A stretch of DNA of 64,000 bases from positions 1-64,000 of the forward strand of contig NIVC01002571.1 in NCBI GenBank assembly GCA_002269645.1. Reading direction: 5' to 3'. Below are positions 1-12,100 of the stretch, one piece after another (positions within the stretch are counted from its first letter, which is position 1; the number at the start of each line of letters is the position of its first letter). The notes under the pieces are model-generated. The model did not search any database. It was not told where the DNA came from and saw only the letters and a program-made list of their open reading frames with translations. Both the position numbers and the translations under genes were made by a program. The stretch is from Macrostomum lignano. Its lineage: Eukaryota.

Positions 1-126
1 ACGGAGGGAGTGACAACCCAACCAAGGCCTGAGAGGGAGTGGCAACCAACCAATAGAAGTTAAGCTGAATCAATATTTTGCATAGAGAATAACTGGTGGC
101 GGGATCGGGCTAGAGAGAAGCCGCAC

Positions 127-3100
127 CGGGAAATATGAAGATGAAGACCGCGGCGGACTGCCCAGCAGCTGATGACGTCACCAATGTTGGATGGAGCACG
201 CAGCCAGCAGCAGGTGAGGCCGAACAGACGATTGTTTTGACGCCGAATCGCCGGACTCGCTCGTGCGGCAAATTCTGTCCGGGTCGAGGCGCGCAGCGGC
301 AAAGCGACGCTGTCCAGGGCAGCGCTGCGGCGGTGATGGGGACGCGATTAGCGCATATAACAGTGAAGCAACAGCATAGCAACAGCGAGTTTTTCATTAA
401 CATTGTGGCATACTTTTAGAAAGTGTTATTGGAAACTTGAAGGATGGGTCAACAGAAGATCGAATTGAGGCAAGGGACGGAGGGCCAAGCTTGAGGCAAG
501 GGACGGAGGGCCAAGCTTGAGGCAAGGGACGGAGGGCCAAGCTTGAGGCAAGGGACGGAGGGCCAAGCTTGAGGCAAGGGACGGAGGGCCAAGCTTGAGG
601 CAAGGGACGGAGGGCCAAGCTGGCAAGGGACGGAGGGCCAAGCTTGAGGCAAACGGGAGGGCCAAGCTTGAGGTAAGGGACGGAGGGCCAAGCTTGAGGC
701 AAGGGACGGAGGGCCAAGCTTGAGGCAAGGGACGGAGGGCCAAGCTTGAGGCAAGGGACGGAGGGCCAAGCTTGAGGCAAGGACGGAGCCAAGCTTGAGG
801 CAAGGGACGGAGGGCCAGCTTGAGGCAAGGGACGGAGGGCCAAGCTTGAGGCAAGGACGGAGGGCCAAGCTTGAGGCAAGGGACGGAGGGCCAAGCTTTG
901 AGGCAAGGGACGGAGGGCCAAGCTTGAGGCAAGGACGGAGGCCAAGCTTGAGGCAAGGGACGGAGGGCCAAGCTTGAGGCAAGGGAGGAGGGTAAAATTC
1001 CGGTCAAGGTCATTTGACAAATTTTAAATTCTTTGACAGCCTTGATATACTTGTAAGTATTCGTGAATGCTCCTAAGCTCTAATTGAATGGCTACTTCTG
1101 TACCCCCGCTGTGTGCACATGTTACTTAAAGCAGATTTACATAAAGTACACAAAGTTCTTATGCAGTTGCGCACAAATAGCTAGAACTACAATTACACTG
1201 TATAAATAGCTTTCAGTAAAGAAGCGGCCGCCACCACTCCCCTCTCCCCGATCCGAGGGCAGCGAAGTGTCTTGTTAGTCCCATATTATCCGCATGGCTA
1301 GGAAAGTTGCGACGGAGCTCAGCGATCGGCACTCGTGCTCTGGCCTCCCTGGGTGAATGCGGCACTGCATAATTTAACATCGGGGGTTGGGGGTCGGACT
1401 TCAACCAGCCGTCAGTGTCGAGTTCGGGGACAGCTTCATAATCCGCACTTGTGACGGATACTTGCAAATGGGAGAGGGGATATGGACAGTCTGGATAGAA
1501 GCTGCAATGCGGAACAGGCTCGCAATAAAGCTGCATCATGCAGATGCCAGCTGTCCACTTCCCTACTGCTTAGAGGCCTGACCTGAAATGCGAGTTTCCA
1601 CTTGCTAGTAACAGTTCAGTTGATACAGTTAGCTAATCTGCAGTTCAGCTGATACAGTTAGCTAATCTGCAGTTCAGCTGATACAGTTAGCTAATCTGCA
1701 GTTCAGCTGATACAGTTAGCTAATCTGCAGTTCAGCTGATACAGTTAGCTAATCTGCAGTTCAGCTGATACAGTTAGCTAAGTTCAGCTGATACAGTTAG
1801 CTAATCTGCAGTTCAGCTGATTACAGTTAGCTAATCTGCAGTTCAGCTGATACAGTTAGCTAATCTGCAGTTCAGCTGATACAGTTAGCTAATCTGCAGT
1901 TCAGCTGATACAGTTAGCTAAGTTCAGCTGATACAGTTAGCTAATCTGCAGTTCAGCTGATACAGTTAGCTAATCTGCAGTTCAGCTGATACAGTTAGCT
2001 AATCTGCAGTTCAGCTGATACAGTTAGCTAATCTGCAGTTCAGCTGATACAGTTAGCTAATCTGCTGTTCAGCTGATACAGTTAGCTAACCAGCATCTTT
2101 CAAGCAAATTTCAGCCATGTGTCAGGCAACCCTTCTTCCCGGTAAAGCTTAAAAGAGAATTTCCCATGGCTTATTCAGGGAAAAAATACTCAAAACTTGG
2201 ACTTTCATTCGTTTTAATTTTCAATAGATTTCATTTTCAATGCTTTTAATACTTGAAGCAACCATTAAGCATGGCCCGCAAGTCTATCTGTTACGCGCTA
2301 TGAATAGGAGAGGCATCTTCCTGGACACGCAGACTCCGATTGTGAGCCAGTGTTAAAGAAAGCAAATAACCTTGGCCCTTTGAAGGATTTGCTCGTAGTT
2401 AGCCATCGCCATTCACCCAAGCCTAGGCGGCGAACCTTCTGTCTGATCAACTGAAATTCAAGCCGGATGGCTTCGGGAAAATCCCCTAGCTAGTATCTGG
2501 AGCAGAATTGTGGACTCCGGCTCCCAGCCAGCCAGACGAAGCAAAAGAAGGAAGAACTCCTCTGGCGGGGCAAGCAAACAGAGAAATTAAGAAGAAGCGG
2601 GGCGCGGATGCGTCGCAATCGATTATTGCGCCCCGCGAACCCGGCTCTCTAGCTAGACAAGAAAAGAATGGCTAACACAAATAGTGCACCCGACTATACG
2701 GAGGGAACGACCCTTAGCATCAAGCGGCCCACTGCGCGCTGGCGTGTTGCAAGTTCACGGTGCGCGCAACTGGGCCAATCAGGGGCTGGCGACCTCCGGC
2801 TGGCAAAGAGCCCAACCTGCACGGCCAGCCATTGGATTAAGGCTCGGGCATAAAGCACTGGGTTACTGGGCGCGGAGTAACCGGGATCCAACTCTGCAAC
2901 CGGGCCAAAATACCGGCAATAACAAAACTCTGCACAATCTGGCACACAGAGAGTCCAATAATTAGCTAATTAATACAGAAGGTGCACCGCAGCTCGGTGG
3001 CTGAGCCTAAGCAGTTCAGCCGGACGCACCGCCAGCAAAACCACACGCGGTTTCTTAGAATTCCGAATTGATTTCTCTCGAGAATCGGGGATGAAGAACA

Positions 3101-6100
3101 CGGTGCAGCTGGTCAGGTGCGGCAACCTGATGGCGGCCGCCGCCACCCCAGGCCTGGACCCGTGCGGCGGCGGCCTCGGCTTCAGCATGGACGGCAACGG
3201 AGGGGCCGGCGGCAACGGCAACAGCGGCAGCGCAGGCGAATCGGCCCGAGTGCCAGGCCGACGCGAAGTGATGCTGCGCGGCCACATCAATCACTTCACG
3301 AGCTCAACCACTGCTCACGGGCTCAACCGGGCGAACTCGGAGCAGAGCTGGGTCCGCATGGTGTGGGTGGGCATTGTGCTGGCCGCATCGCTTGGCGCTA
3401 TTGTGCACACGACAAAGCAGGTGACCACCTATCTGCAGTACCCAGTGAGCAGTACAAACGGCAGGAGCCAAACAGTTTCGAGTTTCCCGACCTGACATTC
3501 TGCGACCCGCTCAACAAGCGCTTTTTTCACTATCAGGCAGTGAAATACGCGGAATCAATACATAAACTGGACGAGGTCCGAGTTCTGTACAGCCTTGTGT
3601 ACAGCCACTTCCGTACAGAATCAGACTGGCGCAAGGAGCGCCGAGCGATAGAGCTAGTTTACAATGCATTTGAGCACGTGCTCAATATCACGAATTTGAA
3701 TATTCGGCCGTTGGATGTTGTGCTCTACTGCACATTTGATGGAGAGCTGTGCGACCACCACAACTTTCAGGTTGGAGCAGATGTTTAACTCATATAGTAT
3801 TTTTTTATCAGAGACAGGGGGGTTGTGTGCACCCTGGCGCACTTTAAGCGACATAGGCACACAACCGGCGAGAGGCATTACTGCCCATTCCGCCCACTCC
3901 CCTGAGCAGGCACACAAGCGCGCGGATACGTACGCAGTCACACGCACAGGCACACACTCACACAGGAGTGTACAGCGGCCCTAACTTTATATTATCGTTA
4001 GGCATGTACACTTCACTGCGCCTTGGAGGTTGGCTCCCAAGGCTGTCATGTAGTAATCCGCAATATTAATCTAGTTTAGTATTAGCATAGAAAATCATAT
4101 AAATCATTCTTAATATTTCAAATGCCTCGATAAAATGGGAGATAGCCCGTCATATCGGTGACTATCTAAACATTTTTAGTCAATGCTCAGTAGCTTTGCA
4201 AACGAGCCGGGACTCTGGAAGTTTCCCGGAATTTGTCAACCGCCTGCCCTGTTCTCCCGGCATCCGGCCGCCTGTCAGGACCAGCTATAACTGGCTGTTG
4301 GCGCTTTAGCAGGAGCTCCACAAGCTGAGCTGAAGTGTAGTTGATCAGTCAGGATCAGCTGCGCTCGCTTCAGAGCAGACACTAGCCGGGAACTGCTTCA
4401 ACTCCTAGCTCACCAATAGGTCGTTTAAACAGTAAAAACAGCAGCTTAAATGCATCGCTTTTTTGCCCGATCTCGCTCGCAGGTGTTCTACCACCGACTG
4501 TACACCAACTGCTTCACCTTCAAGCCACGTGTGCGCAGTCTGCGTAGCAGCGGCATGGACCGGGGCCTCTTCCTGTTGCTCTATGTGCCATCCGCTGACA
4601 TCAGCCTGAAGTTGGACAGTCTCGCCAGGCTGGCTTCGGGCCTCGAGAACAACGGCATCAGGTTCCAAATCCACCAGCGGGACACCATCCCGCACCCGCT
4701 GGAGTACGGCATCATGGCGCCCACTGGCACCCTGACCGCTGTGGGCCTCGAACAGGTTCGAACTTCCCTGGCCGACACGCCCACGCATCCTTGCGTCCGG
4801 GATACAAAATTGCGATTATTCGACAATCAGTTCGACTTTATGCGCCAGTACGACAGGCAGCTGTTCGATTGCATCAAGCACGAGTACCACCAGACTGTGC
4901 GCGAGCAGTGCGGCTGCATACTGGAAGGCCATGTGATCGTGGAGCCCGGGTTCAACCCTAGAGACGTGAGGTTCTGCCACGATCTGATCAGCTCAAAGAA
5001 CGCCAGCCGAGTGCAGGCGGTGACGCGGCTGTTCCAAGCCGAGATGAACAAAACGCATTCGCCGGCAGCCCTGTCAGACTTCATTCAGCTCGGCCTGCAG
5101 ATGCGCCGGCAAGATCCCGCGCTCAACGAATCGCTGGACCGGATGCTGTGCTCGGACAATGTCACTGAGAGCGCCGTGAGGCCCCAGCGCTGCTACGACT
5201 CGTGCAACTACAACAAGTACGAGTACAGCCTGTCCCAGTGCCCTTGGCCGGAGGACTCATTCGAGGTGCGCAACGCCCAAATACAGATGGTGAAGATCGC
5301 GCAGATGCTAGACGAATACAAAGCATTGCACGAAAACATAATCCCGAAGCCGGCGCTGCTGCAATCGATGCAAAAGAGCAGCCTCAACACCAACAGCTGT
5401 CAAACGTTCAACACACAGCGGATGGAGGTGCCGGACAAGAAGGACTGCAGCCGGGTCCAGCTTTTCGTGCGTCGCTCGGTTGTGCAGCTGCGCGTCTACC
5501 CGGAGACGCTCACCGTGCGGCACACCATCGAGGAGCGCAACTATGAGCTGGTCAACCTCTGCTCCGACCTGGGCGGTGAGCGGCCCTATTATCTGATTGA
5601 TATCTCGTCTTTTAGACGACTTACTTCGAGGGCATCTTATAGTTGAGATGAGTCTTTGATAGACACCCCATCTCATAATTGATAGACACCCCATCTCATA
5701 ATTGATAGACACCCCATCTCATAATTGATAGACACCCATCTCATAATTGATAGACACCCCGTCTCATAATTGATAGACACCCCATCTCATAATTGATAGA
5801 CACCCCATCTCATAATTGATAGACACCCCATCTCATAATTGATAGACACCCCATCTCATAATTGATAGACACCCCATCTCATATTTGATAGACACCCCAT
5901 CTCATAATTAATAGACACCCCATCTCATAATTGATAGACACCCCATCTCATATTTGATAGACACCCCATCTCATAATTAATAGACACCCCATGTCATAAT
6001 TGATAGACACCCCATCTCATAATTGATAGACACCCCATCTCATATTTGATAGAAACCTCACCCTCTGATTTCAAGGCCAAAGACACATATCATATTTGAC

Positions 6101-9100
6101 AGAAACCTTAGGCACCTCATATTTCGGGCCGCTTGCAAAACAATTTGAACCACTGTGGAGTAGCAGGGAATTGTAAAAGGCGCAACAGCGTGAAGATGGA
6201 TAGCCAGACGGAGTCCCACGGAGTCCCATTGGAGAGACGGGGAAAGAAAATGCAGACACAAACAAGCGATGATGAGCTGCCACCCGATTCCGTATTGAAG
6301 AGCTGGTCGATCCGGCCCGGCCTGCATGAATTATTGCCAAAGGCTCCGCTATTCTTGCCGTTATTGCTTGTCCTGCCCCGCCGGCCACACAAGTAGCTGA
6401 GGACGACAGCCAGGTAGCTCGTATTGGCAGGCATGAAGGGGGCTTGAAGCAATGAAGACAGCCCCAGAGAGAGACAACAGAGTGAAGGAATGACACTGGG
6501 AAGCGTAAAGTGATTTCTACTCAGAGCTGAGAAGGCTCTTAGAAATTGGAGCGCATGCAACAATAGTTGCAGGAGGGCTGCGGGCGAAACAATTCTGTCC
6601 ATTCCGCTGACTCCTCCTGAGCCAATGCTGTACGCAGGCGCGCACTCGTACACCGCTCACGCAGGGTGTACAACGGCCCCGACTTTCCAATCGACAGGCA
6701 TGTACACTCTCTATGTGCCTTGGGGGGCCCTCAGGGCTGTGAATCGCACGGCAACCCCCGGGCCAATTTTGCAAACACACAAGCCCCAAATGAATGCGGC
6801 CGCGCGAGAGTCAGACGCGCTAACCTCAGAGCTGCCCCGCCCCTGGCATTAGCATAAGTGCCAGCATAAGTACTATATATACACTATATATATACATGAC
6901 ATATCTCGCGTATACTTAGGCACGAGACACTGTCACACGCGCGTAAAGTGCGTCTCGTTCCATGACAGCAGTTAAGCCCAGGCCCCATAGTTAGGGCTCT
7001 GGTGATGCTGCCGCTGCTGCCTGAGCTCCACGACCGTCTTTGAAGACTAAGCTCTATTTATTATTAAGCAGCACAAAATACTGCATAGCGTGGAGGGACT
7101 GCCGCATGTCACATCCGCAGTTTGGTCATTAAGAAAGGCAGACGCTGTCAGGAAGAGGGCGGGCAGTGGCTCAGCAGATATCCTGCCTAGTGCTCGTGAG
7201 ACGGGGCTCGATTCCAGGTGGAGCTTCAAACAGATCGGACAGTACCATACAGGAGTGACAGCAGTCCCAATGAGTGACAGATCGGAGTGACAGCAGACCC
7301 AATGAGTGACAGATCGGACAGCACCATACAGGAGTGACAGCAGTCCCAATGAGTGACAGATCGGACAGCACCATACAGGAGTGACAGCAGACCCAATGAG
7401 TGACAGATCGGACAGCACCATACAGCAGTGACAGCAGTCCCAATGAGTGACAGATCGGACAGCACCATACAGGAGTGACAGCAGTCCCAATGAGTGACAG
7501 ATCGGACAGCACCATACAGGAGTGACAGCAGTCCCAATGAGTGACGGATCGGACAGCACCATACAGGAGGGACAGCAGTCCCAATGAGTGACACAGATCG
7601 GACAGCACCATACAGGAGTGACAGCAGTCCCAATGAGTGACGGATCGGACAGCACCATACAGGAGGGACAGCAGTCCCAAGAGTGACAGATCGGACAGCA
7701 CCATACAGGAGTGACAGCAGACCCAATGAGTGACAGATCGGACAGCACCATACAGGAGTGACAGCAGACCCAATGAGTGACGGATCGGACAGCACCATAC
7801 AGGAGTGACAACAGTCCCAAGAGTGACAGATCGGACAGCACCATACAGGAGTGACAGCAGTCCCAAGAGTGACAGATCGGACAGCACCATACAGGAGGGA
7901 CAGCAGTCCCAATGAGTGACGGATCGGACAGCACCATACAGGAGTGACAGCAGTCCCAATGAGTGACAGATCGGACAGCACCATACAGGAGTGACAGCAG
8001 TCCCAATGAGTGACGGATCGGACAGCACCATACAGGAGGGACAGCAGTCCCAATGAGTGACGGATCGGACAGCACCATACAGGAGTGACAGCAGACCCAA
8101 TGAGTGACAGATCGGACAGTACCATACAGGAGTGACAGCAGTCCCAATGAGTGACGGATCGGACAGCATCATACAGGAGGGACAGCAGTCCCAATGAGTG
8201 ACGGATCGGACAGCACCATACAGGAGTGACAGCAGTCCCAATGAGTGACAGATCGGACAGCACCATACAGGAGTGACAGCAGTCCCAATGAGTGACGGAT
8301 CGGACAGCACCATACAGGAGTGACAGCAGACCCAATGAGTGACAGATCGGACAGCACCATACAGGAGTGACAGCAGTCCCAATGAGTGACGGATCGGACA
8401 GCACCATACAGGAGGGACAGCAGTCCCAATGAGTGACACAGATCGGACAGCACCATACAGGAGTGACAGCAGTCCCAATGAGTGACGGATCGGACAGCAC
8501 CATACAGGAGGGACAGCAGTCCCAAGAGTGACAGATCGGACAGCACCATACAGGAGTGACAGCAGACCCAATGAGTGACAGATCGGACAGCACCATACAG
8601 GAGTGACAGCAGACCCAATGAGTGACGGATCGGACAGCACCATACAGGAGTGACAACAGTCCCAAGAGTGACAGATCGGACAGCACCATACAGGAGTGAC
8701 AGCAGTCCCAAGAGTGACAGATCGGACAGCACCATACAGGAGTGACAGCAGACCCAATGAGTGACAGATCGGACAGTACCATACAGGAGTGACAGCAGTC
8801 CCAATGAGTGACGGATCGGACAGCACCATACAGGTGTGACAGCAGTCCCAATGAGTGACGGATCGGACAGCACCATACAGGTGTGACAGCAGTCCCAAGA
8901 GTGACAGATCGGACATATACCATTAGAGTTACACAGTTAATGGCGAGTAGGCTGGCCAGTCGGAAATTCCCCATCCCGAGCAAGCAGTCAGATGCTCAAT
9001 AGCCGTTTAGCCCAGATATTGCATCGAGATAGTGAAAATTCCAATTTGAGAAACCAAATGGGAAAAAAACAGAGAAGAGGAGGCGAGCTGCGGAAGGGAG

Positions 9101-12100
9101 AATAAAAATCAAAGAAATAGGGAAAATTCAAGCGAGAAGATATATCTCGATCGGAGAGTGCTAGCAGATTCGAGCTGATAAACCTCAGATTTGCACACGC
9201 GGAGGCTGAAATTGCCGCCCACTTTAATTCCCGACTCGCCTGGAGCCATCAGCGAAACTGCCAGGACGCTTCGCCTTCAGGAGAACCGAAATAAGAAAAT
9301 GCATTGCAGTCATATAGGCAGGGAAGGAAAAATTCTGTGTCCTGTCCTGTCCAATGCAGGGATGGGATCCTGTCCAGTGCAAGGATGGGATCCTGTCCAG
9401 TGCAGGTATGGGATCCTGTCCAATGCAGGGATGGGATCCTGTCCAGTGCAGGGATGGGATCCTGTCCAGTGCAGGGATGGGATCCTGTCCAGTGCAGGTA
9501 TGGGATCCTGTCCAATGCAGGGATGGGATCCTGTCCAGTGCAGGGATGGGATCCTGTCCAGTGCAGGGATGGGATCCTGTCCAGTGCAGGGATGGGATCC
9601 TGTCCAATGCAGGGATGGGATCCTGTCCAGTGCAGGTATGGGATCCTGTCCAGTGCAGGGATGGGATCCTGTCCAGTGCAGGAATGGGGTCCTGTCCAGT
9701 GCAGGGATGGGATCCTGTCCAGTGCAGGAATGGGGTCCTGTCGAGTGCAGGGATGGGATCCTGTCCAGTGCAGGGATGGGATCCTGTCCAGTGCAGGTAT
9801 GGGATCCTGTCCAGTGCAGGGATTGGATCCTGTCCAGTGCACAGGTGGGACCCACTTCTCAAGCACAGCGGCGTGATGACTCGGAGAGACACCGTGGGGA
9901 TGGTATGGGAAGAATCCGGGCTCTACTGGCCGGCCGGATGAGAAATCCCCAAGTGCATTCTGTCCCCCGCTAGCACCGGAAGCAGGCCCGATGCCCGGGC
10001 GCGCGCGCACCTCAGAAGCGGCCGAGGCCCGGCGCAGCGCAGATGCAAATCGCAAGCGGAGGACAGACTACTCAGTGAGGCGGCTCGGGTGGCGGCAGGC
10101 TAATTTATTGGCGACCCCAGTGCTGCTCAGTATTATAATCAGGACTGAACAAACAGCCCAGCACGCCCCGCTGACTACATGGCTGGCTAACTAAGAATTG
10201 AATACGGCTCTTCCCAAGGCGAAATTGTCCTTAGCTGCTGAATTTGCCGGCCAAGACTCCGGGAGAAACTAAGCAGGATTAGGCCGGCGCTAGTCGACAG
10301 CGGGCGGTTCTGACAGATCCTGTGTCACTCCGCTCTTCACTGCAGTAGGCTTAACTTCCTACAGCTAGTCTGTAAATGATTTCTTTCACTAACTATACAG
10401 TCTGCAGTTAAAAGGATTAATAGATAATAACTCGGCTAAGTTCAACTTGTGCAATAGTTATTTGGCTTGCAAAAATGCACTAAACAGATGGTCGGCTCTG
10501 TTATACAGTGTAAGTTTAAGCCTAGGAGTACAAAGCGGCGACTTCTGCAATCCGCCCTCACTGAGGGTAGCTGACAAGAAACTAATAAGCTCGGAGACTC
10601 ACTAGGTGGTAGCCCATATTCAATATGAGGTCGCAGAAGACTGACTTTACTGAACTTTATTGTTCTCCTGACTGTGATTACTTTTTGCTGTATATTATTA
10701 TAATATCCGTGGGATTATCAGCCTTCTAAACAGTCAGTACAAATGTTATTCATCTATGTATTTATCTGCACATCGTGAATAGTCTACAGGTATGTTCAAA
10801 TCCACATAATAGTGAATAGTCTATGGTCAAAGCCACTTGATATTCAATAGTCTATGGTCAAATCCTCACAATAGTGAATAGTCTATGGTCAAAGCCACTT
10901 AATATTGAATAGTCTATGGTCAAAGCCATTTAATAGTGAATAGAAAAATGAAGCTTAACACCAACATACAAGTAAATTTACTCAGTGCCAGTGAGATGAG
11001 GATAATAGTGAATAGTCTATGGTCAAAGCCACATAATAGTGAATAGTCTATGGTCAAAGCCACATAATAGTGAATAGTCTATGGTCAAAGCCTCATAATA
11101 GTGAATAGTCTATGGTCAAAGCCACATAATAGTGAATAGTCTATGGTCAAAGCCACATAATAGTGAATAGTCTATGGTCGGCACCAACCGATGAGGTTAG
11201 AAAAAGTTTTTTTGGAGAACAATCGGTACCACGTAACATATGCTTTTCCCCCAAGTCGACTTCAAAGCTTAATTTTGCTAGCAGAAAGCAAGAATTCTCC
11301 AACATTCCTATGTAAACCGGATACCTGACAGGGTAGGATGAATTGTATCAAGCTAAGAGCTGAGAGCCACTCTAATTTCTTTGACAGAACTTGGGAAAAC
11401 TAGCAGGCGTCTGTCTGCACTTCTGCATTTTTTTTCAGTTTCCGAGGGCCGGAAAAGATTGCTCTGAACTGCAGAACTCGCATATAAAAAATAAACATAT
11501 TAGCTTGGAATCCTAAGTGGATGAAAAAATTCGATGCCGCACCAGCTTAAGAAGAAAATAAGCTGCCAATTCAGCAGCATCGATCCGAGTGCCAAGAGAG
11601 AGAGGGAGAGAGGGGGGACTTGCGGCTCGGGCTATGCGACAGCACGCGCTAGAAACAATCCGCGAGAGAGGAGGACTTGTCAAGCGCGTCAATGGACAAA
11701 TATTGAGACCGCGGTAGTTAAGCGGGATTGCAAAGTCCGTCCTGCATGTCCCCTTACTCCCACGCCTCAGATTGGTCCCGTTTGTCCTCCGCCCGACTCC
11801 AGCTTGCTCAGATCAGATTGATTGAGCAGCAGCAGCAGCAGCCAGGCTGTACAGGCCAGGGAATGCCTGGCAGGGGAGGGAGAAGTTACTAAAGCGAAAT
11901 TAGCCGCGTTAGTCGATGGTCCAATTTTATTGCCCCAATACCCGTCTGGGAGTAAGCGGCTCCTTGCTGTGTCTGTCAACCGGGATGCAGGCATGAGAGC
12001 CAGTGAGACCTGAGCTCGGAAGATTGATTGAAGGTGCACAGCTGACTGCACGAGCTGTAATAATATTCCAATTTGCCGGGCTCAGGCCGTCCAAGGTTTG

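Noticed and set aside
6058-6620. ORFs of 87-178 aa in ENaC intron 2 (also 11534-12240)
   Set aside because: No recognisable homology, and the ENaC protein is complete without them; possibly old retroelement debris.
7047-8983. Long ORFs of 366-585 aa (and similar ORFs at 397-1020, 9191-10055, 18037-19162, 21828-22782, 23366-24461, 39729-40274, 40923-41546, 51422-51814, 62601-62867)
   Set aside because: They are stop-free translations of tandem repeats, open in several frames at once, and mostly lie in introns.
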